Source of the DNA: an uncultured bacterium
Lineage (GTDB): Bacteria; Babelota; Babeliae; Babelales; Vermiphilaceae
Reading direction: 5' to 3'
Length of the DNA stretch: 64,000 nt
Assembly (NCBI GenBank): GCA_963695335.1
Contig: OY968764.1
Location: 480,001-544,000 of the forward strand
Shown: piece after piece, positions 20,033 through 30,435 of the stretch
How the letters are laid out: the number at the start of each line of letters is the position of its first letter
Numbering within the stretch: the first letter of the stretch is position 1
Made by a program: the position numbers and the translations under genes
The notes under the pieces: model-generated
Databases searched by the model: none
The model's input: only the letters and a program-made list of their open reading frames with translations
Told to the model about the DNA's origin: nothing

Positions 20033-20280
20033 AAAAATTAAAAGAGCTGTTTTAACAACGGCTCTTTTTTTTTTGTTTTAAATCGATCTATTCGTTACTT
20101 TTTATGTTTTGACCTATAAAATTCTATTGTGAAATATTGTTAAATTATAAAAATATTTATAAAACCATTGTTTTCTACCCCCCCCCATCTGATATTGTTA
20201 TAATTGAAATAAATATTGTTAGTTTTTCAAAAAAGGAGAGTTTTCATGAAGAAGTTATGTTTATTGTCAGGAATGATGGT
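20033..20280 (+). repeat. Terminator-promoter-signal peptide cassette, copy 1 (C9 tract)
   Basis: Near-identical to 23222-23463 and, in its 3' part, to 42236-42393; has TGTTATAAT extended -10 and poly-C at 20178-20186. Confidence 0.85.
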
Positions 20281-20824
20281 TTTTGTTGTGGCAGGTGTTA
20301 ATGCGGCACAAAACTTGACAGATGAACAACGTCAAAAATTGGAACAAGTGCAATGGGGAAAAATTAGACAACAACACGAATTGGCACGTCCTGCAACCTA
20401 TAAGATGTTAGATCCATTAGTACAGCAAAGCAACTGGCCTGCTGTTTTTCATATTCTTGATCAAATGCAAGGGGTTATAAGTGTTAATGAGTATCGATAC
20501 CATGGGGATACACTGCTTACTTTCGCGGTAGGTACAAAAAATATTTCAGCAGCAAAAACATTACTTGAAAAATATAAAGCTAATCCTAATGTAACATCTT
20601 TATCATTTTCAGGTCTTGGATTGTCACCATTGATGCAGGCTTGTATAACGGGAGACCTTGCCATGGTTAAATTATTACTTAGCTATAAAGCTAATCCTTT
20701 TTTAATGAGATCAGGAGAGGGAATAACACCAGGAAGTACCGCGTTGTTCTATGCTAAATATTATAACTATCCTGAAATTGTAAAATTGTTGGAAAAATAT
20801 ACACGTCCTGCAAAAGATGCATAA
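20246..20824 (+). CDS. Secreted ankyrin-repeat protein
   Basis: MKKLCLLSGM signal peptide; GDTLLTFAV, SPLMQACITGDLAMVKLLL and TALFYA..Y.EIVKLL repeats. Confidence 0.88.
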   Translation: MKKLCLLSGMMVFVVAGVNAAQNLTDEQRQKLEQVQWGKIRQQHELARPATYKMLDPLVQQSNWPAVFHILDQMQGVISVNEYRYHGDTLLTFAVGTKNISAAKTLLEKYKANPNVTSLSFSGLGLSPLMQACITGDLAMVKLLLSYKANPFLMRSGEGITPGSTALFYAKYYNYPEIVKLLEKYTRPAKDA

Positions 20825-20825
20825 A

Positions 20826-21026
20826 TTATAAAAATAAATGAGATCCCTTCTCTTGTTGTAGTTTTAAATTCTTCTAAACAATCTTTAATAATTTTAAACG
20901 AATTAGATGGCATGGGTTGTTGGGGAATGCTAGCATCTTTTATGTCAGCAATTAAGCGATACCAGCTGCGTTTATTGTAAGCACCAAACATGGTACGTAA
21001 TTCTCAGATGCTTATTGTTCCAATGC
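20826..21026 (-). pseudogene. 3' remnant of a rep gene homologous to 17277..18434
   Basis: MFGAYNKRSWYRLIADIK...SNSFKIIKDCLEEF versus MLGAHNKRSWYRLIADMK...SNSFKVIRDCLEKF; frameshift and stop upstream. Confidence 0.85.
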
Positions 21027-21289
21027 TATTTATGTTTTGCTTCAAGTTTTAATTGTAATCCCATGGCATTAATAATTGTACGAAAATCATGCCAACGTAG
21101 ATTCTTTTTAGAAAGCATTTTATAGATGTTTTGGTTGTCTACATTTTGTGCGTTAAGAACATGCTTTAAGGCAAGACGAATAGTTTCTTGATTTTCATCC
21201 ATAAGAGTAGCATTAAGGCATGCAAGTGCTTCTTCAGGATCTTGGAGTGCTTTGAGTAAACTTTCTTCGTGATCGATTGTTCTTTTCAT
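21026..21289 (-). CDS. Addiction-module antidote (HI1420-like) with an apparently shortened HTH
   Basis: LQDPEEALACLNA...LAL..V..AQ...QNIYKMLSKK...IINAMGLQL pattern. Confidence 0.7.
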   Translation of the reverse strand: MKRTIDHEESLLKALQDPEEALACLNATLMDENQETIRLALKHVLNAQNVDNQNIYKMLSKKNLRWHDFRTIINAMGLQLKLEAKHK

Positions 21290-21711
21290 TTTTCTTGTGT
21301 ATTTAAAGCATTATATTTTTGAAGAGCTAACTTTTTAATTTCTGCAATTTCATCTTCAGTAAAACGTTCTTTGAGATATCTTTGGAAAGTTTTTCTGTTC
21401 AGAGTTTTTTTTGCTATGACCATTTCAATAGCAGTGAGTTCAACTTCTTCTAAAATACCTCGATCTTTTAAAAAATCATCAAAGTTAGAGCCAATATACT
21501 TATTTTTTGTCATTATATTTTGTATCTTTTGTGATTGGATAATAGTTGGAGATACTTTTGCTATTTTTGCGAGTTTTTTTACTGATACATTATCTTTGGC
21601 TATAGCAGCAAGAATTAACTCGGATAATGCGAATATTCTATATTCTTCATTAAATTTTTTGCATTCTTCTGGACTCAATGATTCGATGAATGTATCAAAT
21701 GTTGATTTCAT
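21286..21711 (-). CDS. Chimeric protein of three antitoxin N-terminal segments
   Basis: aa 1-59 match 19072..19401; aa 67-101 carry IGSNFDDFL...GILEEV; aa 105-136 match the N-terminus of 21708..22013. Confidence 0.7.
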   Translation of the reverse strand: MKSTFDTFIESLSPEECKKFNEEYRIFALSELILAAIAKDNVSVKKLAKIAKVSPTIIQSQKIQNIMTKNKYIGSNFDDFLKDRGILEEVELTAIEMVIAKKTLNRKTFQRYLKERFTEDEIAEIKKLALQKYNALNTQEK

Positions 21712-22013
21712 TTTTTGAAGATATCTTTTGGCTCTTTATCCATAAGAGCTAGAAAGTGAGCAAAGCTTGCAAGTGTTAAGTTTGCTTGGCCACGTTGTAT
21801 TTTGGAGGCTTGAGATGGGCTTGTGGATAAGCGACGAACAACTTCGTTAAAACCAACCTTATTTTTTTTCATATATTCTGCCATAGTATCAGAAAGTATT
21901 TTTTGAATTGATCTGAGAATATCAACTTCAAGTTGTGCTTTGCGCTCAATTTCAGCAATTTGTTCTTTAGTGAGTCTTTTCTCTACGATGTCATAAAAGC
22001 TTTTTGTTTTCAT
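21708..22013 (-). CDS. XRE-HTH antitoxin
   Basis: ATG 22013 just after the toxin stop; GFNEVVRRLSTSPSQASKIQRGQANLTL HTH. Confidence 0.8.
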   Translation of the reverse strand: MKTKSFYDIVEKRLTKEQIAEIERKAQLEVDILRSIQKILSDTMAEYMKKNKVGFNEVVRRLSTSPSQASKIQRGQANLTLASFAHFLALMDKEPKDIFKK

Positions 22014-22014
22014 A

Positions 22015-22338
22015 TTATTTTTCCTCTGATAAGCGTTTATATGCAGTTTTAATATCTTTTTCCTGTGACTTTTTATCACCAGCAGCAAGTAGAATAATTA
22101 ATTGATTTTCCTTAAAGCAATAATATAGTCGGTATCCAAATTGTCGTTCACGTAATTCAAAGAGTCCTTTACCTAATGCACGACTATGAGGAAGTTTTAA
22201 TTCATTGCCTAATTTTTCTAACATGCGTAATTCTTGGGAGATAGATTCAAATTGTTCAATGGTTAACTTATAGATCCATTTTTCAAGGGGGCTTTTTCCG
22301 CTTTCATTAACCCAATATTCTATATTCCATTTTTTCAA
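22015..22338 (-). CDS. RelE/HigB (Gp49-like) toxin
   Basis: GKSPLEKW, LPHSRALGKGLFELR, YRLYYCF and LLAAGDK.SQ..DI..A; TTG start with AGGAG RBS. Confidence 0.88.
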   Translation of the reverse strand: MKKWNIEYWVNESGKSPLEKWIYKLTIEQFESISQELRMLEKLGNELKLPHSRALGKGLFELRERQFGYRLYYCFKENQLIILLAAGDKKSQEKDIKTAYKRLSEEK

Positions 22339-22451
22339 AGCTTCACTCCTACAAATAATAGTACTACTATAAAAGATAGTATAATAAGCGATGTTATGTC
22401 AATGCTAAACTTAATAAGTTACTTTATATAATGGAGTTTGTTTGCTCATTC

Positions 22452-22541
22452 GTTAACCATATCTTAAATTCCGTAAAGAGCGTCTGCATCATGCTTAATG
22501 GGTACTTGAAGGGGGCTGTTTGGTTCAGGAGAACATGGTGA
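22452..22541 (-). repeat. Second copy of the element right end (att-proximal integrase-tail sequence)
   Basis: AGCGTCTG.ATCATGCTTAATG.GTA....GGGGCTGTTTGGTTCAGGAGA.CATGGTGAA shared with 19880-19966. Confidence 0.85.
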
Positions 22542-22629
22542 AAAGGGAAGGCTTGAGTTGCTGTTGTGAGAAATGGGGTATGTGGTATACTGATTAATAG
22601 AAATTAACTTTTTAAATTAGGGATAATTT

Positions 22630-23202
22630 ATGAAAAAAATATTTTTTATAGCAGTCTTTATGGTTGTGGGACTATTTCTAGAAGTTGGCGCCAGTCCTGC
22701 GCGTCTTAATGCTAAGGAAGCGCAGAATATACTCAATAGAATTGAATCTGAAGCTCAATCTCATGCTTGGGAGCCTACAGGCCCTACTGCAGAAGATATC
22801 CGAGCAGCTACTAAAGTTGAAAAGTTAGCGGTTAAGGGAAGTATAGAAGATAAACTTATAAGTGCTGTGAAGAATGGTGATCTTAAAAGTGTTGAAACTT
22901 TCATTGTTGCGGGCGCAAATCTTGAAGCTAGAGATAATCAGGATATGACTGCTCTTATGATAGCTGCAGACAGAGGTTATTCTGATATTGCTAGAGCTCT
23001 TATAGATGCAGGCGCTGATATTAACGCTCAGGATAAGTTCGGTTGTACAGCGCTTTTTAAGGCTGCAGACAAAAACCATGTTGGTATTGTAAAAATGCTT
23101 GTAGCTAAGGGAGCTGTAGATAATAGTTTTGAAGATATGTTGATGCGTGCTACATTTCAAGGTAATGCAGAAATGGTGAAAGCTCTTAATAAAGAAGCTT
23201 AA
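22630..23202 (+). CDS. Secreted ankyrin-repeat protein
   Basis: Signal peptide; TALMIAA..G..DI..ALI.AGADINAQD..G.TAL repeats. Confidence 0.92.
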   Translation: MKKIFFIAVFMVVGLFLEVGASPARLNAKEAQNILNRIESEAQSHAWEPTGPTAEDIRAATKVEKLAVKGSIEDKLISAVKNGDLKSVETFIVAGANLEARDNQDMTALMIAADRGYSDIARALIDAGADINAQDKFGCTALFKAADKNHVGIVKMLVAKGAVDNSFEDMLMRATFQGNAEMVKALNKEA

Positions 23203-23221
23203 TAGTTTTATAAAAATAGTT

Positions 23222-23463
23222 AAAAATTAAAAGAGTCGTTTAAAACGGCTCTTTTTTTTGTTTTAAATCGATCCATTCGTCTTTTTCCATATTTTGACTA
23301 TAAAAATTCTATTGTAAAATATTGTAAAATTATAAAAATATTTATAAAACTATTGTTTTCTACCCCCCCCCCACCTGATATTGTTATAATTGAAATAAAT
23401 ATTGTTAATTCTCAAAAGAGGAGTATTTTTATGAAAAAGTTATGTTTACTATCAGGAATGATA
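23222..23463 (+). repeat. Terminator-promoter-signal peptide cassette, copy 2 (C10 tract)
   Basis: Aligns with 20033-20280; poly-C at 23363-23372. Confidence 0.85.
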
Positions 23464-24048
23464 GCTTTGGTTGCGGTTGCACATATTAATGGAGATGTTA
23501 CTTATCCTGGAAATTTAAAAGAAAAGCATATTCAGAGAATAGAAGATGTGCAAAGAGAGAAAATTAAACGTCAAAAACAGTTAGCACGTCCACCAATATA
23601 TAGAATGGTTGATGCTTTGATTAAAGAAGAATATGCATCGTGGCATTACGATGATAATGGACAATGGGTTGAAGCACCGGCAAAAATTGTTGTAGATTGG
23701 CCAGCCGTTTTTAGAATTTTAGATTCAATGCCTGGGGTTATCGATGTTAATGAATATGCAACTTATGAGAATCAGGATCCTTTACTTTGGGTTGCAGTAG
23801 AACAAAAAAATTTCTTAGCAGCTAAAACATTACTCGAAAAATATCATGCTGATCCTAATTTTGGCAAATGTACGGGAGAGCATGGAAAAAATGAGAAATG
23901 TAATATGAACGATTCTCTTTTGATGTTAGCGCGTGAAAAAGGAGATGTTCAAATGGGTATATTATTAACACAGCATGGCGCTCATCCGATTACGATGAAA
24001 CAAATAGGCATTGATAAAGGTTGGACTAATCCGAGTAACCGTGAATGA
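23431..24048 (+). CDS. Secreted ankyrin-like protein, paralog of 20246..20824
   Basis: MKKLCLLSGM, LARP..Y.M.D.L, DWPAVF.ILD.M.GVI.VNEY and AAKTLLEKY.A.PN are shared. Confidence 0.85.
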   Translation: MKKLCLLSGMIALVAVAHINGDVTYPGNLKEKHIQRIEDVQREKIKRQKQLARPPIYRMVDALIKEEYASWHYDDNGQWVEAPAKIVVDWPAVFRILDSMPGVIDVNEYATYENQDPLLWVAVEQKNFLAAKTLLEKYHADPNFGKCTGEHGKNEKCNMNDSLLMLAREKGDVQMGILLTQHGAHPITMKQIGIDKGWTNPSNRE

Positions 24049-24090
24049 TGTAGTTTGAAAAAGAAATTAAGACAAAGTAATTTTAGTTAG

Positions 24091-24124
24091 AATCCCTTTT
24101 TATGATAATTCATAAGAAGGGATT
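24091..24124. terminator. Repeated stem-loop ATCCCTTTTTATG.TAATTCATAA..AGGGAT, copy 1
   Basis: Hairpin with T-tail; four copies in the window. Confidence 0.75.
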
Positions 24125-24190
24125 TTTGCATTCTTCTGAACTTAATGACTCGATGAAGTTATCGAATGTTGATTTAGTTTTTTTATTCAT
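24110..24190 (-). pseudogene. 26-codon antitoxin N-terminal fragment
   Basis: MNKKTKSTFDNFIESLSSEECKNPFL* matches the N-termini of 19072..19401 and 21286..21711. Confidence 0.7.
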
Positions 24191-24275
24191 ACTACTATTG
24201 TATAGTTATTTTGTTATTTGCATAATTTTTGAAAAAAGAACTGATGAGTCATAAGAACAATCCAAGGAGGATAGT

Positions 24276-26888
24276 ATGAATGGCCAATTATTTACCGATT
24301 CCGTGCAAGATTTACTCAATCAAGCTGCCAGTATTGCTAACCATTATGATCATGCATCTCTAAAGCCAATTCATACACTTGGAGCCTGTCTTAACAATGA
24401 TTTTTGTCTTTCATTTTTTAATGTTTTTGATATTCCCGTTATACAGCTTCAACAATTGGTTGAACACGAACTGCATTCACTACCACGCGCTTATGGTGCA
24501 CAAATTGCTATAGATAAATCTTTACAGGAATTTTTACAAGCATGCAAAGAAGAGGCAGAAAGCTTGGGTGATCAATATATCAGCCTTGAGCATCTTTTTT
24601 TGCAATGGGTTACCACCAAACATCTACCAGCATCTATCCGTTCTTTTTTTGCTGAGTACGGTTTGACTAAAAAAGAAATTCTTAAGCAGATGGAAAATAT
24701 TCGTCGTGGAAGAACTGCTGATAATGAAAATGCAGAAAATCGATATGAAATTTTAGAAAAATATTGCCAAAATATTACTGCTCAAGCACGTGCTGGCAAG
24801 CTTGATCCGGTTATTGGCCGACATGAAGAAATCAGAAGAGTAATACAGATACTTTCTCGAAGAACAAAAAATAATCCGGTTTTAGTTGGTGAACCAGGCG
24901 TGGGAAAAACAGCAATTGTAGAAGGAATCGCTCAACGTATTATCAATGATGACGTACCTGAAGGGTTACGCAATAAAACTATTTATTCTCTTGATTTGGG
25001 ACTGCTGATAGCGGGCGCAAAGTATCAGGGTGAATTTGAAAACCGTCTTAAAGGTTTGTTAAAAGAAATAGAAGAGAGTCGAGAAAATATCATTCTTTTT
25101 ATTGATGAATTGCATATGCTTATTGGTGCTGGAGCTTCTGCAGGAGGTGGAATGGATGCATCAAACTTGCTCAAACCTGCTCTTGCTCGTGGTGCACTTC
25201 ATTGCATTGGTGCCACAACACTTGCCGAATATAAAAAATATATAGAAAAAGATGCTGCACTTGAGCGTAGATTTCAAAAAGTATTCATTGAAGAACCTTC
25301 GGTAGAAGATACTATTTCAATTTTGCGCGGGTTACGAGAAAAATATGAACTGCATCATGGCATACGTATTAAAGATCAGGCGCTTGTTGATGCGGCAGTT
25401 CTTTCTAATAAATATATTCCAGACAGATTTTTGCCAGATAAAGCAATAGATTTAATTGATGAAGCAGCATCCATGGTTAAAATGTCTATTGATTCACAAC
25501 CAGAAGAAATAGATAAACTTGACCGCAAAATCAGGCAATTGGAAATCGAAAAATTAGCCCTAAAAAAAGAGACTGGTAGTGCTATAGAAGTACGTTTAAC
25601 TGATTTGGAAAAAGAGCTTGCTGAACTGAAAGAAAAGCATAAAACTCTTTATAATCAATGGCAGATACAAAAAGCACCCCTCGAAAAAATCAATAAGTTA
25701 AAAGAAGAAATTGAAGAAGCAAAAGTAGCTTATCAAGCAGCAGAACGTAGAGATGATTATGCAAAAGCATCTGAAATAAAATATGGAAAACTTGATGCAC
25801 TAGAAAAAAAATTAGTTACAGAACAAAATAAATTAAAAAATATAGACACGACTTTGGTTAAACAAGAAGTTGACGAGCATGACATTGCAATGGTACTTTC
25901 TCGCTGGACAAAAATACCGGTAGAGAAGCTTACTTCATCTGAAACACAAAAACTTTTAAGTATGGAAACTTTATTAAAAAATAAAGTTATTGGCCAAGAT
26001 GAAGCCTTACAAAAAGTTGCTCATGCCATTCAGGTACACAGAGCTGGTTTGGCTGATCCGAACAAACCGATTGGCTCATTTTTATTTTTAGGACCAACTG
26101 GTGTTGGTAAAACAGAAGTTGCCAGAACATTGGCAGACTTTTTATTTAATGATCCTCAAAAAATGATACGCATTGATATGTCTGAGTACATGGAAAAACA
26201 TTCAGTTGCTCGTTTAATTGGTGCACCTCCAGGTTATGTAGGGTATGAAGAAGGTGGTCAACTCACTGAGCAGGTCCGTCGGCATCCTTATAGCGTTGTA
26301 CTTTTTGATGAAATAGAAAAAGCACATCCTGATGTATTTAACATTTTTTTACAAATTCTTGATGAAGGTAAATTAACAGATGGTCAAGGCAGAACAGTTT
26401 CATTCAAAAATTGCATCATTATTATGACGTCTAATATTGGTTCAGACTTACTCCTTGCAAGCACAACCATTGATGATAAGGTTAAATCAGAAATAGATAA
26501 ATTACTGCATGTGCGATTTAAACCAGAATTTTTAAACAGAATTGATGCTATTATTTTCTTTAAAGCGCTTGATTTGGCTGATGTTGAAAAAATAGCGAGC
26601 ATTCAAATAAAAGAGTTGGAAAAAAAGCTTGCTGCAAAAAACATCAAGGCAACCGTTACGGATAAACTCATTAAAACTGTGGCTGAGCGAGGATATAGTA
26701 AAGAGTTTGGTGCACGCCCACTCAAAAGGGAAATACATAACTTTATTTATGTCCCTGTATCGCATTTTTTATTACAAAATCCAGATATTAAAACGGTTAA
26801 GCTTGATGCATCCAATGGAGTATTAGAAATTTTTAGTGAAGATGTAACTGTACAAAAAAGAGCTAAAAAAAATAAAATGGAAGAATGA
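24276..26888 (+). CDS. clpB: ATP-dependent chaperone ClpB
   Basis: Two AAA+ modules ([16 protein letters not shown]), long middle coiled coil, [25 protein letters not shown]. Confidence 0.96.
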   Translation: MNGQLFTDSVQDLLNQAASIANHYDHASLKPIHTLGACLNNDFCLSFFNVFDIPVIQLQQLVEHELHSLPRAYGAQIAIDKSLQEFLQACKEEAESLGDQYISLEHLFLQWVTTKHLPASIRSFFAEYGLTKKEILKQMENIRRGRTADNENAENRYEILEKYCQNITAQARAGKLDPVIGRHEEIRRVIQILSRRTKNNPVLVGEPGVGKTAIVEGIAQRIINDDVPEGLRNKTIYSLDLGLLIAGAKYQGEFENRLKGLLKEIEESRENIILFIDELHMLIGAGASAGGGMDASNLLKPALARGALHCIGATTLAEYKKYIEKDAALERRFQKVFIEEPSVEDTISILRGLREKYELHHGIRIKDQALVDAAVLSNKYIPDRFLPDKAIDLIDEAASMVKMSIDSQPEEIDKLDRKIRQLEIEKLALKKETGSAIEVRLTDLEKELAELKEKHKTLYNQWQIQKAPLEKINKLKEEIEEAKVAYQAAERRDDYAKASEIKYGKLDALEKKLVTEQNKLKNIDTTLVKQEVDEHDIAMVLSRWTKIPVEKLTSSETQKLLSMETLLKNKVIGQDEALQKVAHAIQVHRAGLADPNKPIGSFLFLGPTGVGKTEVARTLADFLFNDPQKMIRIDMSEYMEKHSVARLIGAPPGYVGYEEGGQLTEQVRRHPYSVVLFDEIEKAHPDVFNIFLQILDEGKLTDGQGRTVSFKNCIIIMTSNIGSDLLLASTTIDDKVKSEIDKLLHVRFKPEFLNRIDAIIFFKALDLADVEKIASIQIKELEKKLAAKNIKATVTDKLIKTVAERGYSKEFGARPLKREIHNFIYVPVSHFLLQNPDIKTVKLDASNGVLEIFSEDVTVQKRAKKNKMEE

Positions 26889-26910
26889 TCCAATTAAAAG
26901 AACAGGTTAT

Positions 26911-27762
26911 ATGATCAATGCATGTTTATTTAAAAAACTTTTCTTATATTTCTTTTTGTTTTTATCCATCCAATCTGTTTGTACAATTTCTTTAAAAGAA
27001 CAGCTCAGTCAGGTTGGCTATGTAGAAATATGTGATAAAAATCATGGAGCTGCAGCGTTTGATTCTTTGTATGCATGTTTTGATGAACTCATAACATTTC
27101 TGCAAACAAATCCAGCATGGGCTCAAAAATTATATATCGCAAAAGAACGTTTTATCCGCTCAGAAGACAGGAATTATTATTCGACTGATTTTTTTGGTTT
27201 CTACGACGAATCAGAAAGAGAAGGGAGAAATCAGATCTCTTTTTATTATTCAACTCATTTTCAAGAATTTATTTTTTCTCATTACCCAGAATTCAAGCAA
27301 GTTCCGCACATTGTTACTTTTTTTCAGATGTGCTTTGATCTGCAACAATCAAGTAGAAATGTATGTAATGAAGTGGCAGCGCAGTTAGAATTAGAAAATA
27401 TTTTTCTTTCAAAACAGAGCAATCCCCCTATCCTTTTAAAAGTAGTAAAATATTTTCCTTCTTATAATCCTGTGCGGCCTCATTACGATGGAACTGCGTT
27501 TTCTCTGTTTCTTGATAGCACTGACAATCAATCACTATTTCTTTCTCCTTATAAGTCTGAATTCACCGTTGATGATTTTTTTACCCCTTTAAGAGAATTT
27601 TCTCGATTAGATAATCAAAATTCTATCTTACTCATTCCCGGAACATTGTTAACAGAATTTTCTCTCTATCCAACTCCTCACATTGTTGAGCGAAGTGGAA
27701 AAATTCGATATGCAACAATTGCATTTGCTATGAGGCCTAATTACACATCTGCACAAAAATAG
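26911..27762 (+). CDS. Secreted 2OG-Fe(II) oxygenase-like protein
   Basis: HYD (HxD), PTPHIV and RYATIAF facial-triad-like motifs; signal peptide. Confidence 0.7.
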   Translation: MINACLFKKLFLYFFLFLSIQSVCTISLKEQLSQVGYVEICDKNHGAAAFDSLYACFDELITFLQTNPAWAQKLYIAKERFIRSEDRNYYSTDFFGFYDESEREGRNQISFYYSTHFQEFIFSHYPEFKQVPHIVTFFQMCFDLQQSSRNVCNEVAAQLELENIFLSKQSNPPILLKVVKYFPSYNPVRPHYDGTAFSLFLDSTDNQSLFLSPYKSEFTVDDFFTPLREFSRLDNQNSILLIPGTLLTEFSLYPTPHIVERSGKIRYATIAFAMRPNYTSAQK

Positions 27763-27863
27763 TTTTTCGCTTTTGCCAAATTTTAAACATTGAATTTTTT
27801 TTATAAACAATATCATGATGAAACATAATTGTAGTGTGGAAACGCAGTAATAGAGGATGTGCT

Positions 27864-30363
27864 ATGTTCAAATTGCGGTATCGGTATTTGATTTTTTTAC
27901 TTTTTTATCATTCCTTGCAAGCATTAACAACGCTTAATGTAACATTAGATTCAGACAATAATCCGGGTGGCAGGTGAGATTGGTGATTTGAGATATGCTT
28001 GAATACAATGAATCAAGGTCTTAACTCAATACCCGATGATTATGCGATTGTTTTTGACTTTCCAATGACGATTCAACTCAATGGAATCTTGCCGATTATT
28101 AACAATTCCTCAAATCCTGTGAATATCACCATTGGTAATACAGGCTCAACTCCTACCGTTACAATTGATGGTAATAGTGGTGCTTACAGTGGATTTTTTA
28201 TCCCAACGGGAAATGTGACGATTCAAAACATGATCTTTCAAAACCTGAGCGCACAAGGTGGTAATGGTGGAGACGGAATTTCAGGCGGTGGTGGTGGAAT
28301 GGGTGCTGGAGGGGCCATTTACGCACCTCAATTCTTTTTAAATGGCTCAAATCCTTCAATCACTTTGATGAATGTATTGATAAATGAATGTTCTGCTGTT
28401 GGTGGAAATGGAGGAAGTTATATAGGTCTTTCTTCCACTGGTAATGAAGGTGGCGGAGGTGGCGGAGGTTTTAGCGGAAATGGTGGTTCTATTACTACCA
28501 CGGGAAGCACTGGAGGGGGTGGCGGAGGTGGCTTTGGTGGAGATGGTGGAGATGTTACTCTTTCGACCGATGATTTGGGGGGCGGCGGAGGTGGTGGCGG
28601 TGGAATAGGATCCCGCGCTACCATAGGCACACTCACGAATCTGGGCAACGGAGGCTCGGATCAGAATATCGGTTTGGATGGAAATGGTTATGGTCTTTCA
28701 ATTACTGCTGGTTCAGGTGCCGGAGGGAATTCTGGAGGGAACATGGCAGGAGGAGGCGGTGGCGGCACCACGGGAGGTGGCGGAGGGGGAAGTAATGGAT
28801 CTGATGGGTTTCAACCGCAAGGTAGTTTAGCACCAGGAGGCAGTGCTGTACCTTCTGGAGGCAATGGAGGAGACGGCGGTGGAGGAGGCGGCGGTGGCGT
28901 TGTTGTAACATCGTTTACAAATGGAGTAGATGGACAAGCAGGTAGTGGTGGCTATGGCGGCGGCGGCGGTGGTGGGGCTGGTACGGGTGCTTATGATGCT
29001 TCTTATACAGTACAAGGTGGATCTGGTGGAGTTGGCGGAGGTGGCGGTGGCGGAGGAGTGAATCAATCCGGTACGACGCCTGCATGAGGTGGTAATTCTC
29101 TTGGTGGAGGTGGCGGCGCAGGTGGTGGACCATCTAATGGTATCACTGCTTGGGTGGAAATGATATAGGAAATCTTGGTGGAGGATCAGGAGGAATGGGC
29201 GCAAATAACTATGGAGCAGGTTTTGGTGGTGGAGGCGGTGGCGGAGGAAGTGGTCTGGGCGGAGCTATATTTGTGGATAGCGGTTTGAATTTCACCATAC
29301 AAGCATTCTCTGGAATTCCAACCACGTTCAATACACCAAATAATACAACACAAGCAGGAACTCATGGAACTGGTGGCCCTGGAGCTCAAGATGGTCTAGA
29401 TGGATCAGCACTTGGGAATAGTATTTTCCTGCGCTCTGGATCTTCTTTAACATTCATGGCGCAAGATGTTGATGATCTTTTAACACTTGGTGATCAAGTT
29501 GCGTTTATTGATGATACAAGTTTTGGTGGGCAAGGAACGAGTGTCTTTGTAGGAGGAAATGGAACTGTTATTTACAATGGAACAACAGATTATCCAGGAA
29601 CCATTACTATCAACAATGCGAATTTCAAAGTGAATGGGTTGATCGATGCAGCATCTATTTTTGTCTGTAGAAACATTGGTTTTAGTGCGCAAAGAGGTAC
29701 TCTCAGTGGGAGTGGAACATTAACTGGAAATGTTTTTGTAAATTCCGGAACAATCTCTCCAGATACAGGGCAAGCACTCACGCTTGGAAGTTTGACTCTC
29801 AATTCAGCAGATCCAATTAACAACACTCTTGGAAGCCTTGTGCATATTGAAATTGATGCAAACAGAGGCACATCTTTATTGATGTTACCGGGCCTGCATC
29901 ATTAGCGGGTACATTAGAAATTGAATTAGACCCAAATGCTCAGCCTGGAACGTATACTATTCTGAATTCATCTGGTATTACAGGAACCTTTGATACCGTT
30001 ACATTTACAGGAACAGTTCCTAATTATACGCTTTCTTATCTGCCAGTTGGAAATCCTACCTTTGTGCAATTTGATTTCTTAGGTTACCCAAACCCTAATC
30101 CTTTGCATAAAAAGAAGTTCCGCGAAACGCTTGCAGCGTATCATCAAGCATATCTGTTTGAAAAGGTTGTTGCAGCTATTGGAAAACATGAAAATAAAGA
30201 TGAAAAACGTTTACGTAAAAAAGAAGCAAAACGGTTGGAACATTATAAGCAGCTTCATCCTTATAGTCACTATGTAAAAAAGCATTTCAAATGGCTCAAG
30301 AAGTTTAAGCATAAAGAAGTTCCGCATATTGTTCACTTGATTAAAAAAGGTGAAGCGGCATAA
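27864..30363 (+). pseudogene. Degraded glycine-rich autotransporter-passenger/adhesin-like gene
   Basis: Signal peptide from ATG 27864; frameshifts near 27970-28000, 29150 and 29870; in-frame TGA at 29085; GGAIY/GGAIF motifs and beta-helix-like tail. Confidence 0.75.
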
Positions 30364-30372
30364 GTTTCGTTG

Positions 30373-30434
30373 TTATATTTTGTTGAGATAAAAGATCCCT
30401 TTTTATGGTAATTCATAAAGAGGGATCTTTTTTA
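30373..30434. repeat. Repeated stem-loop copy 2; left direct repeat of the toxin operon
   Basis: TTATATTTTGTTGAGATAAAAGATCCCTTTTTATGGTAATTCATAAAGAGGGATCTTTTT, closely matching 39900-39960. Confidence 0.8.
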
Positions 30435-30435
30435 A

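Noticed and set aside
22542..22552. A second exact attR core
   Set aside because: The sequence after the duplicated right end is AAGGGAAGGC, not GGGGATGCCA, so the boundary is degenerate or came from another target; kept only as a relic.
23353..23430. N-terminal MFSTPPPP extension suggesting translational phase variation by poly-C
   Set aside because: The RBS and the start shared by all three paralogs lie downstream at 23431, so the tract is in the promoter, not the CDS.
29085..29087. In-frame TGA in a glycine-rich gene as evidence of UGA recoding
   Set aside because: TGA ends intact genes here (clpB, zwf, pseudopilin, several ATGA overlaps) and the same gene also has frameshifts, so decay is the simpler reading.
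28418..29204. Pro-rich and His/Arg-rich minus-strand ORFs
   Set aside because: Antisense shadows of GGN glycine codons.
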